Position numbers and translations under genes: made by a program. The notes below the pieces were generated by a model. It ran no database searches. It was not told the DNA's origin and was given only the letters and a program-made list of their open reading frames with translations. A stretch of 62,854 nt of DNA, counting the filler. It is 3 parts of 3 records of this genome, joined end to end, with 100 filler letters (N's around TTAATTAATTAA, not from the genome) between each part and the next. Parts side by side here need not be neighbours in the genome. Positions count along the whole stretch, not along the records: positions 49,834 to 62,854 come from SRR16203515_1187; 2 more parts are not named here. One strand, 5' to 3'. Of this stretch, positions 49,886 to 60,099 are shown piece after piece. Every line of letters starts with the position of its first letter. Position 1 is the stretch's first letter.

Positions 49886-51154
49886 TCAGTTGATTTTGCG
49901 CGTCCAACGTGCTGCAAGTTTATCAACATTAATAGCGTACCATGCAATATAAACATAACAAATCGCTGGAACAATAAAGCTTAATTGAATGTTTATAGAA
50001 TCTGCAAACACACCTTGTAATAATGGTACTATCGCACCACCAACAATGGCTAAACACAACCAACCTGAGCCTTTACTCGTTAAAGATCCCAACCCTTCAA
50101 TTGCCAGTGAAAAAATCGTCGGGAACATAATTGAATTAAATAACCCAATCACAAGAACCGACCACATTGCCACCTTGCCCTCTGTTAGTATGGTTACCGC
50201 TAATAATGCGACAATACATAGTGTATTGAACAACACAGCTTTAGAGGGAGCAATTTTTTGCAATACAGCAGAACCAATAAAACGACCGATCATGGCTCCC
50301 CCCCAGTAGTAGCTAATATATTTTGCCGCTTCATGTTCAGCAAGCCCAACTATGTGGCCCTCTGCAAAGTAATTAACCAAAAAGCTACCAATAGCGACTT
50401 CCGCACCCACATAACAAAAAATAGCCACGACTCCCATCACTAGGTGTGGTGCTTCAAGCAAGTTGCGGCCTTTTGCCTTGCAGTCTTGCTCTTCTGTATG
50501 TGCTGTAATTTCAGGTAATTTTAAAAACGCAAACACGACAGCAATCGTTATTAATGATGCAGCAAGGATCAAATACGGTATTTTAACCGCATCCGCACCT
50601 GCTTCCGCCGCAAGAGCACCAGCTCCACCAAAGAGTAAAAAACCACCCACAGCCGGGCCAATGGTTGTTCCTAGCGAGTTAAGTGCTTGCGCCAAATTCA
50701 ATCTACTAGATGCTGTTTTCTCAGGACCAAGTGCTGCAACATATGGATTAGCAGATACTTGTAATAACGTGATCCCAGCCGCCAGTACAAATAATGCGGT
50801 TAAAAATAACCAATATTCATGCACAACGACTGCAGGGTAAAACAATAAACAACCAATTGAAGCAACAATAAGGCCGATCAATACGCCATTTTTATAACCA
50901 AATCGCTTTACCAACATGCCTGCGGGCAAAGAGACAATAAAATATGCGCTGAAAAAACAGAATTGAATCATCATCGCTTCGGTATAACTGAGATCAAATA
51001 CATCCTTTAAACGTGGGATCAACACATCATTTAAAACAGTAATAAATCCCCACAAAAAAAAGAGGGTTGTCATCGCAGTTAACGGCAATGCATAGTTTTG
51101 GTTATTCGTGCTGCCATTTGCTACAAAGCTTTGGTTGGTATTAATTTCACTCAC
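49886..51154 (-). CDS. gluP: Glucose/galactose (FucP/GluP-type) MFS sugar permease
   Basis: LFFLWGF...LNDVLIP, LQVSANPYV, SRLNLAQALNSLG, YVGAEV, NSIMFPTIF. GTG start after GGAG. Confidence 0.85.
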   Translation of the reverse strand: MSEINTNQSFVANGSTNNQNYALPLTAMTTLFFLWGFITVLNDVLIPRLKDVFDLSYTEAMMIQFCFFSAYFIVSLPAGMLVKRFGYKNGVLIGLIVASIGCLLFYPAVVVHEYWLFLTALFVLAAGITLLQVSANPYVAALGPEKTASSRLNLAQALNSLGTTIGPAVGGFLLFGGAGALAAEAGADAVKIPYLILAASLITIAVVFAFLKLPEITAHTEEQDCKAKGRNLLEAPHLVMGVVAIFCYVGAEVAIGSFLVNYFAEGHIVGLAEHEAAKYISYYWGGAMIGRFIGSAVLQKIAPSKAVLFNTLCIVALLAVTILTEGKVAMWSVLVIGLFNSIMFPTIFSLAIEGLGSLTSKGSGWLCLAIVGGAIVPLLQGVFADSINIQLSFIVPAICYVYIAWYAINVDKLAARWTRKIN

Positions 51155-51222
51155 AAGAAATACTCCATTAAAAGGGATAGCCAGATTCTACACATTGTTA
51201 CAAGAAAATCACAAATGTTTTA

Positions 51223-51236
51223 TTGGATCGTTCCAT
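51223..51236. promoter_or_regulatory. LacI-family-like operator between divergent sugar genes
   Basis: TGGATCGTTCCA near-palindrome with a central CG. Confidence 0.55.
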
Positions 51237-51288
51237 ATATTTTTAAATGATGCTAAAGTCAGTTATCAACATCATTATGGAGCGTCGG

Positions 51289-52482
51289 ATGCCACAAAAC
51301 TTTAGAAGTGCCGATTTTTTACGTGAGCACATTAATACTACAATGAATTTTTACCATCCTAATTGTATTGATCCACAAGGTGGCTTTTATCAGTTTTTTA
51401 AAGACAACGGTAATATTTACGACAAACGTACACGGCATTTGGTGTCTAGCACTCGATTTATATTTAACTACGCAATGGCTTATTTAGCTGAGCCAAACAA
51501 GTCATACTTTGAACTTGTTGTTCATGGTTTAGATTACTTAGAAAACGCCCATAAACAAAGTAATGGCGGTTATGCATGGCTCATTGAAAATGGAGTTGCT
51601 TCAGATACAACAAATCACTGTTACGGACTCGCCTTTGTATTACTGGCAAATGCAGTTGCTTTAAAAGTAGGTGTTAAAAACGCTGAAAACACGATAGAAA
51701 ACGTTTGGCAGTTACTTGAAGATAAATATTATTTAGCCGAGCACAAATTATACCTCGATGAATATGATAGCCAATTCCAAGCTGCTGATGCTTATCGAGG
51801 GCAAAACGCCAACATGCATCTGTGTGAAGCACTGCTAATGTGCTTTGAAGCCACTAATAATGATAAGTTTTTAGCACGTGCTTATGACTTAGCTCACACT
51901 ATGACTGTCAACAAAGCAGCGTTAGCAAACGGACTCGTATGGGAGCATTATAATGCCGATTGGCAGATTGATTGGGAATATAATAAAGAGGACCCTAAGC
52001 ACCTATTTCGACCATGGGGGTTCCAACCAGGTCATCAAACTGAATGGGCTAAGCTTTTACTGATCTTGAACCGTCATAAAAGTGAGCCTTGGATGATAGA
52101 CACGGCTAAAGCACTATTTGATTTAGCGCTAAAGCATGCGTGGGATACACAACATGGTGGGATCTGCTATGGTTTTGCCCCAGATTATAGTATTTGTGAT
52201 GGCGACAAGTATTTCTGGGTTCAAGCTGAAAGCTTTTCAGCAGCAGCTTTACTTGCGATCGCAACGGGTGATGCTAAATACTGGCAATGGTACGATAAAA
52301 TTTGGCAGTACAGTTGGACGCATATGATCGATCATAAACATGGTGCATGGTATCGTATTCTCACGCAAGATAACCACGCATATAGTGATGAAAAAAGCCC
52401 AGCAGGAAAAACGGACTATCATACTATGGGGGCCTGTTATGAGGTTTTACGTGCTTATGAATTAGAAGAGCAAAAAAAATGA
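51289..52482 (+). CDS. AGE-family epimerase/isomerase (D-mannose isomerase-like)
   Basis: RHLVSSTRF, NHCYGLAF, YRGQNANMHLCEA, WEHY, FRPWGFQPGHQTEW, YFWVQAE, GKTDYH. ATG at 51289 after GGAG. Confidence 0.9.
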   Translation: MPQNFRSADFLREHINTTMNFYHPNCIDPQGGFYQFFKDNGNIYDKRTRHLVSSTRFIFNYAMAYLAEPNKSYFELVVHGLDYLENAHKQSNGGYAWLIENGVASDTTNHCYGLAFVLLANAVALKVGVKNAENTIENVWQLLEDKYYLAEHKLYLDEYDSQFQAADAYRGQNANMHLCEALLMCFEATNNDKFLARAYDLAHTMTVNKAALANGLVWEHYNADWQIDWEYNKEDPKHLFRPWGFQPGHQTEWAKLLLILNRHKSEPWMIDTAKALFDLALKHAWDTQHGGICYGFAPDYSICDGDKYFWVQAESFSAAALLAIATGDAKYWQWYDKIWQYSWTHMIDHKHGAWYRILTQDNHAYSDEKSPAGKTDYHTMGACYEVLRAYELEEQKK

Positions 52483-53426
52483 GTGTTGTATGTTTTGGCG
52501 AAGCCCTAATAGATTTTTTATCAGACGGAAAAAACCCTGAGTCGTTTACTAAATTTGCAGGTGGCGCGCCTGCAAATGTTGCTGTTGCCGTTGCAAAACA
52601 CGGTGTTAGTTCAAGTTTTTGTGGAATGCTAGGTAAGGACATGTTTGGTGAGTTTTTGCAACAGGAGCTGCAAGGGCATAACGTTAATACCCAATATTGT
52701 TTATTTACCGATAAAGCCAAAACCGCATTAGCTTTTGTATCATTAGACCAATCAGGCGAACGCAGTTTTAGTTTTTATCGCCCACCAGCGGCTGATCTAT
52801 TGTTTCGAGTTTATGACTTCGATATCGAAATGTTCCGCACCCATACACTTATCCATGTTTGTAGCAACAGTCTGACAGAATCGAAGATATATAAATCAAC
52901 AATTCATGCTCTCACTCAAGCCAAAAAACATGGGTTAACCACAAGTTTTGACATGAATTTAAGGCTCAACCTCTGGTCGTGTTTAAATCATACGATAGAA
53001 CGGCTTTGGCATGTTATTTCATTAAGTGATGTTATTAAACTGGCGAGCGAAGAACTGGCCTTTCTTAATAAGCATAGTCACCCGGAACAAAATGAAGATG
53101 TCACTATTGCAGCGATACTCGGTGCAAATGTGAAATGTCTCATTATTACAGATGGCGCGAATGACATACGTTACTTTACCAATAGTAGTAGTGGGCATAT
53201 ATCTCCACCAACCGTAAAAGCTGTTGATACAACCGCAGCAGGTGATGCGTTTATTGGTGGTTTACTCGCACAGCTTGTACGCAATAATAATAAGTCAAAA
53301 CTCTCAGATAATGCATTCATAAAAGATGCGATACTCTATGCGAGTAAATGCGGAGCTTTCGCGGTTCAAAAAAAGGGGGCTTTCTCGTCGCTGCCGGCAT
53401 CCTCTGACATAGCAACTATTGGGTAA
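52479..53426 (+). CDS. PfkB-family sugar kinase (fructokinase-like)
   Basis: FGEALID, GGAPANVAV, FDMNLR, VDTTAAGDAF. Confidence 0.92.
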   Translation: MSVVCFGEALIDFLSDGKNPESFTKFAGGAPANVAVAVAKHGVSSSFCGMLGKDMFGEFLQQELQGHNVNTQYCLFTDKAKTALAFVSLDQSGERSFSFYRPPAADLLFRVYDFDIEMFRTHTLIHVCSNSLTESKIYKSTIHALTQAKKHGLTTSFDMNLRLNLWSCLNHTIERLWHVISLSDVIKLASEELAFLNKHSHPEQNEDVTIAAILGANVKCLIITDGANDIRYFTNSSSGHISPPTVKAVDTTAAGDAFIGGLLAQLVRNNNKSKLSDNAFIKDAILYASKCGAFAVQKKGAFSSLPASSDIATIG

Positions 53427-53577
53427 TACACAACTTTCAAGATGATGAGCTAACTGACAAACAGGTTAGTTCCTCTTAATAAGCATTGATATTAAGCTAG
53501 GAGCAGTATATTTGCTCGCTCGCAGTTACAATATGATATATCATTTACATTCAATAACGTCATAACGAGTTGTAAAT

Positions 53578-55752
53578 TTGGCACGAATCGTATTCTGTTT
53601 GTTTTTTTGGATAAATGCTAGTTTAGCCTCCGGACAGAGTCCGTTGCATAGCCAACTGGCACGCGCTCAGTCGCTGCATAATAATCTTGAACGAATTAGT
53701 TTAATTCGATCTCTTGAAACGCAAATAAATCAGTCGAATGATTTAGAGCTTCAGGTCGACTTTGTGATCCTATTGGCGAATTCGTTAGACAATACAGGTA
53801 AAGCAGAAGAAGCCCAACGCATATTTGAAAAAATACTACCAAAGACAAAGAGTTCCCCCCTACTTCGCACTAAAATTAAACACCGGCTAGGCAAAGTTCT
53901 TTACAATAATCACCATTACGATACCAGTGAAGTGTATCTGAGCGATGCATTAGACACATTTAAAAAGTTGGGTCACTTTGAATTGCAGACTAGAGCCCTT
54001 TCAGATCTTGCTAATCTATATCATAACACTGGCCGGTATTATGAAGGTATAAACCTTCTCACCCATCACATTGATGAATATGAGTCGCAACTTACCCCTG
54101 TGTTACTCGCGAGCCTGTATCACAGTATTGCTAGACTACTAGAACAAGTGGATCAGATTAAGCTCGCGCTAATGTACAAGCTAAAAAAGTTTGAGATTGA
54201 AGCTAAATTAGAGGTAAGTGAAAGTAAAAAGGCAGGTACATTATACGCAATAGCTGTATCTTACTCAGATATAGGCAACTATGAAAAGTCGGTCGAATAT
54301 TTCAAGTTAGCCTATGAAATAGATAAGAGATCTGCTGACTTATCCTATATCGGGCACAGTCTTACTCAGCTAAGTTACAATACTTATAAATTAGGCAAGC
54401 TAGACACAGCTAAAAGCTATGCACAGCAAGCGATTGACGCATTTACCACAAAAAAAAGTCAACGCAACGTCGCTTGGGCACAGCACAATTTATCGCTGAT
54501 CCTAACCGCACAAAATAAATTTGAAGAAGCACTGGCATTACAAAAACAAGTCGTCAATGTTGTAAGTAAAGCAAAAGGTGACTTCCACCTAAAGAATAAT
54601 ACCTTATTACACCTTAGCCGAATACACTTCCTACTTGGACACTCTCAACAAGCCAAACGACTGGCAACTAAAACGCTTGAACAAGCTAAAATACATGACT
54701 TTAGACTAACCCAAATAGCAGCTACACAAATATTGTCGGACTTATACGCAAAAGAACATAATTATGCTGATGCATATCTGTGGCAAAAACAACTAACTGA
54801 GCTAGAAAAACACTATGCACAAACTAACTTAGATAAAGAATTAGCTTTCGTACAAAATTCTTTAGAATCATTGAACAAAGATATCCTAATAAAAAAGAGT
54901 CAATTAGAGCACTCAAATACACAAGCTGAACTCTCAAAATCACAAAACCATGCTTTGGTAATACTCCTGTTATTTATGCTCATCAGTGTTATTTTTATCG
55001 CATTCTACTTTCGGAGCCTAAGTAACAAGAGGTTACTTAATCAAAAAAACGCGTATTTAGATCAAATCATCCTTCAACGAAATACCCTTTTTTCTCAAAT
55101 TGCCCATGATATAAGCACACCAGTCACTGCAGCCAAATTGCAATTAGAAGCAATGCAGTTTAATATTTCGCCTAGAGATGACAATCACTTACAGCGCCTC
55201 GATAATAAACTAGGTGATATCCATCGTTTAATTAATGACTTATCTGGTATAGCGTTACTTGAAGAAGCTCAGTTCAAAATATCACTCAAACCTCAAAGCA
55301 TCTCTGAGTTCTCCACTCAATTAGAAACTGATTTGCCGCTACTGATCACAACACATCAATACCAATACGCATTTCACAACGAGACTACGATAAATACCGT
55401 TGATATTGACCCTGTCAGGATCCGGCAAGTCATATCGAACTTGATCAACAACTCAATAAAATATACTCACAACCCAGGTCATATCTCGCTATCTATTCGT
55501 GTCACGCAACATGCCTTAATTTTTGTTATCGAAGACTCTACTCCCACTATCAGTGAACAACATTTGCCCCACATCTTTGATCATCTATACAGAGTGCCTA
55601 ATTTAGCAACTACTGATACTACAGGCCACGGCATTGGCTTAGCAATAGTCAAACAAGTCGTAACCCTTCATAACGGCGATATTGAAGCGCAGCAAAGCGC
55701 GATGGGCGGGATCAAGATTACACTATCTTTACCCATTAAAACAAAAGCTTGA
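53578..55752 (+). CDS. TPR-repeat sensor histidine kinase
   Basis: Signal-like N-terminus, ~400 aa of TPR-like helices, one TM, AHDISTP H-box, QVISNLINNSIKY, GHGIGLAI. Confidence 0.88.
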   Translation: MARIVFCLFFWINASLASGQSPLHSQLARAQSLHNNLERISLIRSLETQINQSNDLELQVDFVILLANSLDNTGKAEEAQRIFEKILPKTKSSPLLRTKIKHRLGKVLYNNHHYDTSEVYLSDALDTFKKLGHFELQTRALSDLANLYHNTGRYYEGINLLTHHIDEYESQLTPVLLASLYHSIARLLEQVDQIKLALMYKLKKFEIEAKLEVSESKKAGTLYAIAVSYSDIGNYEKSVEYFKLAYEIDKRSADLSYIGHSLTQLSYNTYKLGKLDTAKSYAQQAIDAFTTKKSQRNVAWAQHNLSLILTAQNKFEEALALQKQVVNVVSKAKGDFHLKNNTLLHLSRIHFLLGHSQQAKRLATKTLEQAKIHDFRLTQIAATQILSDLYAKEHNYADAYLWQKQLTELEKHYAQTNLDKELAFVQNSLESLNKDILIKKSQLEHSNTQAELSKSQNHALVILLLFMLISVIFIAFYFRSLSNKRLLNQKNAYLDQIILQRNTLFSQIAHDISTPVTAAKLQLEAMQFNISPRDDNHLQRLDNKLGDIHRLINDLSGIALLEEAQFKISLKPQSISEFSTQLETDLPLLITTHQYQYAFHNETTINTVDIDPVRIRQVISNLINNSIKYTHNPGHISLSIRVTQHALIFVIEDSTPTISEQHLPHIFDHLYRVPNLATTDTTGHGIGLAIVKQVVTLHNGDIEAQQSAMGGIKITLSLPIKTKA

Positions 55753-55860
55753 TGTTAGCTAAACCGTTTAGAAGGGTTAAATTTAGAGTCTCGATACTTT
55801 CCACGAGGTCCAATATTGCCATTAGCGATTAATTTAATGCATAAAGTAAATAGTGAGCGT

Positions 55861-57177
55861 TTAATCTTGCTGTAGTAAACCCATAATATCGATAAACTTT
55901 GGCCGTTCACTCACCCTCTCTGATGTACACGCGCCGATCACTGCCTCTAAGCGAGATTTTAATGCTAACTGCGTCTCGCTAATAAAAGCACTTACCGTCA
56001 GCAGATCTTCAACAAAATAACCAAATGCTCTAACTTCAATAGCTTGCATGGCATCTCGTTGAAAGTCATCCAAGTGATGGAGTTGACTAGCTGCGCCAAA
56101 ATCGCCAAAGAGTAAATTACAGTGTTCGTCTATAAGTGAATTATGTGCATAAATATCACCATGGCTGACGTGATGTGCGTGTAAATGGGTAAGAACCGAT
56201 GCCATTTGAACAGCAATGTGATGAACCTGCAAGGCACTATAGCATGTATCATTTTGGAAGGTATCACGTGTACATGTGACTAAACTCGGAGGTAAGCCCA
56301 GGTTATGGTAGGTTGGTGGAATTAACTCCATGACAATACCCAGCGATGATGCATCATTTATTTGTGCAATGGTCTTTACTAAATTGGTATGGGTGCCCGC
56401 ATTTAAACAACAATCAAGCTCATCCTGCGGATATCCATCACTGGTAATTGCACCTTTAAAACGTTTAACCGCGAAAAAAACCTGATCATCGTGCGGTTTA
56501 TTTGCTAAAAATATCTCACCTGATGCACCCTCTCCTAATTTATCGCCTAATACATATTCTGACAGTGTTACTTTCGCAAATTCTTTCAGTGCACTACTTC
56601 TGTTACCACACACTGGATTACCTGAAAACGCAAGCCATGCAAGCTTAGGTAAATTAAAAAGCCATTTAGGCAAGGTATTAAGGTTATTAGCAGAAAGTCT
56701 GATCAGTTCAAGTTCGGTGCAATTCGCCATACTATCTGGCAGTGTTTTTAATCTATTACCGGCCAATGCTAACTTTTTTAACTGGGTAAGCGCACCCATT
56801 TGGTCGGGTAGCTCTTCAAGTTGATTATCAGTCAGTATTAGCCAACGCGTACTCAACGGTAAACTCTTCGAGCGAACGGCTGTAATTTGGTTACTCTTGA
56901 AACCAATCATTTCGAGACTTTTACAACGACCTAACACGTGAGGCAGTTCAGTAAAGCAATTTTGTGATAAAAAGATTATCTTTAACTTTTCTAATTGGTC
57001 AAATTCATCCGGTAACGAAGATAACTTATTATTCGATAAATCCAGAACTTCTAGCGAATCCTTCAAGGTAAGTATCTCTGGTGGAAACTCTGTCAACTGC
57101 TCGACCATTTGCAGTCGCTTTACAGGCCCAACTTCATTATTTTTTAACTGTTGTAACGTGTATCTATGTGAATGCAT
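55861..57177 (-). CDS. Leucine-rich-repeat + protein kinase-like fusion
   Basis: LxxLxLxxN repeats (LEVLDLSNNKL, LKKLALAGNRL), then LGEGASG, AVK, HGDIYAHN, GDFGAA. Confidence 0.9.
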   Translation of the reverse strand: MHSHRYTLQQLKNNEVGPVKRLQMVEQLTEFPPEILTLKDSLEVLDLSNNKLSSLPDEFDQLEKLKIIFLSQNCFTELPHVLGRCKSLEMIGFKSNQITAVRSKSLPLSTRWLILTDNQLEELPDQMGALTQLKKLALAGNRLKTLPDSMANCTELELIRLSANNLNTLPKWLFNLPKLAWLAFSGNPVCGNRSSALKEFAKVTLSEYVLGDKLGEGASGEIFLANKPHDDQVFFAVKRFKGAITSDGYPQDELDCCLNAGTHTNLVKTIAQINDASSLGIVMELIPPTYHNLGLPPSLVTCTRDTFQNDTCYSALQVHHIAVQMASVLTHLHAHHVSHGDIYAHNSLIDEHCNLLFGDFGAASQLHHLDDFQRDAMQAIEVRAFGYFVEDLLTVSAFISETQLALKSRLEAVIGACTSERVSERPKFIDIMGLLQQD

Positions 57178-57247
57178 AACGCTATTATCTGGATTTAAAT
57201 TGTTTATTATTTACGATGAAATGCAACTAGGCTGTGTTATCTGCTCG

Positions 57248-57751
57248 TCAATCACAATCATAGGTTGGCCATTGAACCACATAGTGCTCAAAATCTTCCT
57301 CTATATCTACTATGTTGTCTTTGGTGATCCGGCCTTTGGCACTGATCCCCATGTCATGCATTTTTGTTTTATCGCCATCATTTAATAATGGGTGCCAGCT
57401 TGCTAAACCCCGACCTTCATACAGGCGACGGTAGCTACAGCTTTGTGGCATAAAAAAGATATCTTTCAAATTTTCTTTGGTAAGTTTTACGCACGAAGGC
57501 ACCAATTCTTGTCTTTGCTCATAGCGCGTACAGCCACAAGTCTCCTCATCTATATACTGACAAACTAGGCTGGTATAGATAAGCTCTTCACCCTCTCGCA
57601 AGAAATCGGTGCTTTCAAACTCATCACCTTCTTCATCACTGTCTATAAATGAATGAAGACAACATTTTCCGCATCCGTCACAAATGGATTCCCATTGCTG
57701 CTGCGTCATATTTTCTAGGCTAGTGGAAAGCCAAAATGGTTTAATCGTCAC
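57248..57751 (-). CDS. ycgN: YcgN family cysteine-cluster protein
   Basis: WESICDGCGKCC, C..Y..R...VPSC, SCSYRRL, WHPL. Confidence 0.9.
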   Translation of the reverse strand: MTIKPFWLSTSLENMTQQQWESICDGCGKCCLHSFIDSDEEGDEFESTDFLREGEELIYTSLVCQYIDEETCGCTRYEQRQELVPSCVKLTKENLKDIFFMPQSCSYRRLYEGRGLASWHPLLNDGDKTKMHDMGISAKGRITKDNIVDIEEDFEHYVVQWPTYDCD

Positions 57752-57814
57752 GATTTCAGTACTACTTAATAAATGCCCCAGCTGGCAATTTTACGCAACA
57801 TCACCACTTTAAGC

Positions 57815-57842
57815 AAAGCCCAGTGTCCAACCTGGGCTTTTT
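57815..57842. terminator. Stem-loop terminator after the DUF885 gene
   Basis: AAAGCCCAG-TGTCCAAC-CTGGGCTTTTT. Confidence 0.65.
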
Positions 57843-57852
57843 ATTATTTAAA

Positions 57853-59673
57853 CTATGAAGATGACTCTGCTTGTTCCACAACCCAAGCTTTAATTTTACG
57901 CTCCAAAATAACCATAGGCACAGCGCCGTCGGTCAAAATTTGTCGATGAAACGCTTTAACATCAAACCGTTTGCCAAGTACACTTTGCGCGTAGTCTTTT
58001 AGCTCCTGTATTTTGAACTGCCCGACCTTATATGAAACGGCTTGACCTGGCCATGCGATATAACGCTCAACTTCAGCGACAACATCACTTTCTGCCATCG
58101 AGGAATTATTGATCATAAACGTGATCGCTTGTTCTCTACTCCAGTTTTTAGCGTGGAGGCCGGTATCAACCACTAGCCTCATTGCTCTTAACTGCTCGTC
58201 TACCAAACGTCCGTACCACATTAACGGATCTGTGAATAACCCCAGCTCTTTCCCTAAACTTTCAGCATATAAAGCCCAGCCTTCCGAAAATACCGTGTAC
58301 CCGCCAAATTTTCTAAACATAGGGACATCTTTTATTTCTTGCTGTAAAGCTATTTGAAAGTGATGCCCGGGCGCAGCTTCATGTATTGATAAAGTCTCAA
58401 CTAAAAACTTTGGTTGAGCCTTCAAGTTGTGGGTATTGATATAAAATATCCCAGGTCTTGATCCATCTGGCGCTGGCGCAGAGTATGATGCACCAGCAGC
58501 TGACTCAGCTCTAAATGACTCAACGGCTTTTACCACATACTCTGCTTTTGGTTTAATATCAAAAAGTATCGGTACACGTTTGTCTATTTTGCGCTTCACC
58601 TTTTCATAAGCTGAGATTAATTCTTCAGGGGAATTAAAATAGAATTCGTCACTTTCTCTGAGGTGAACAAAAAATGCTTGAAGATCACCTTCAAATTGTA
58701 GTTGTTCTTTAACCCAGTTCATTTCGTTTCGAATTCGTGAAACTTCAGATAGCCCGGTTTGATGAATTTCTTCCGCCGTTAATTTCATTGTGGTATGTTG
58801 TTCAATATTATACTCATACCATGCTTTTCCATTAGGCAGCGAACTTAGCCCTACCGAACTGCGACTATTTGGTAAATATTCTGTCTCCAGAAATTTTGCC
58901 ATTTTTGTATACGCAGGTACCAGCGTACCTTCTATCATGTTTCGATAAGCCGAGGTAATTTGTTGTTTTTGTTCCTGTGTCAAATCATTAGGTAAATTAG
59001 TTATAGGTTGCCAAAAAACAGACTCTTCTACATCATCAACTATGTGTACGGTAAATTGCGGTAACAGTTTTGCACTTAGCACTTTCGGCAAAACAACACC
59101 TTGCTTTATGCCTTCGCGCATATTTTGCTCTACGCCGTCTAACCATATAACGTACTGTTTGGCTCTTTCGATAAAATCATCGTAATCTTCGGCTGAACTG
59201 AAAGGTTGAGCACTTGCGCCACTGCCTAAACTCGCAAAGGTATTGTGTGCCCCAAACATTTGATTAATAGGGATCAGATAACTTGGAAACTGCGTACCAA
59301 CCAAAGAAAATGCGAGGTCTCGTGCTAATATGTTATAGCTAATTAGACTTTGTCCTGTTAACGTCGTTTTGTCTATTTCGCGTAATTTACTTTGGTAACC
59401 CTTAACCAATGTCACATATTTAGACCGACTGGCCGGTGTGCTTGGCGCTTGAAATTCATTATTATATTGTGTATATCCAACGAATGTGCCGTTGACGGGG
59501 TTTAAGGCAATCATGTCATCAAAATAATTCTGTGCTATGGCCTTCATTTGCTCATTCGCTGACAGTTGCTCGCTCGTATTATTTTGTTGAGACAATTCAA
59601 GTCGAGTATCATATGTTTGACACCCTGAGAGAATTACCAATAATGTCGCTGCCGTTATCGTTTTTATAATCAT
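57853..59673 (-). CDS. DUF885 family lipoprotein (putative metallopeptidase-like)
   Basis: Lipobox LSGC, HEAAPGHHFQ, EGWALYAE, RAMRLVVDTGLH, EVERY...PGQA..YK.G. Confidence 0.9.
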   Translation of the reverse strand: MIIKTITAATLLVILSGCQTYDTRLELSQQNNTSEQLSANEQMKAIAQNYFDDMIALNPVNGTFVGYTQYNNEFQAPSTPASRSKYVTLVKGYQSKLREIDKTTLTGQSLISYNILARDLAFSLVGTQFPSYLIPINQMFGAHNTFASLGSGASAQPFSSAEDYDDFIERAKQYVIWLDGVEQNMREGIKQGVVLPKVLSAKLLPQFTVHIVDDVEESVFWQPITNLPNDLTQEQKQQITSAYRNMIEGTLVPAYTKMAKFLETEYLPNSRSSVGLSSLPNGKAWYEYNIEQHTTMKLTAEEIHQTGLSEVSRIRNEMNWVKEQLQFEGDLQAFFVHLRESDEFYFNSPEELISAYEKVKRKIDKRVPILFDIKPKAEYVVKAVESFRAESAAGASYSAPAPDGSRPGIFYINTHNLKAQPKFLVETLSIHEAAPGHHFQIALQQEIKDVPMFRKFGGYTVFSEGWALYAESLGKELGLFTDPLMWYGRLVDEQLRAMRLVVDTGLHAKNWSREQAITFMINNSSMAESDVVAEVERYIAWPGQAVSYKVGQFKIQELKDYAQSVLGKRFDVKAFHRQILTDGAVPMVILERKIKAWVVEQAESSS

Positions 59674-60099
59674 AGTTATCCAATTTAATTAAATGTCACT
59701 TGCTTGTTTTTCAATGCATGATTGAATCATATTTCAACGAATTTATCGCGTTTATATCCTACCTATTTAAGCCTAATAGCATGAACAACCACATATGTTG
59801 AAAAGGATGTATTAATAATTAACAGCATTATTTTCCCTCGTCATAAACTTCTCTTACGCTTATTGTATCTCCACTATGTAGCTGGGCTCTATAAACTCAA
59901 AGCCGCCGATGAAAGCGATTACACTGAATAATTATAGGTGGGCTTATTATTTTAGCCTCCTAAAAAGCAAACTTAGAATGCAAGCTGCCAAATCGTCACC
60001 CTGCGTAAATTCACATTCAGCGTTTTACTATACACAAAGTAACTCAAGTTCATACTATGAAGTTGATTGTATTACCAAGCGAGCAATAGACACTATGCA

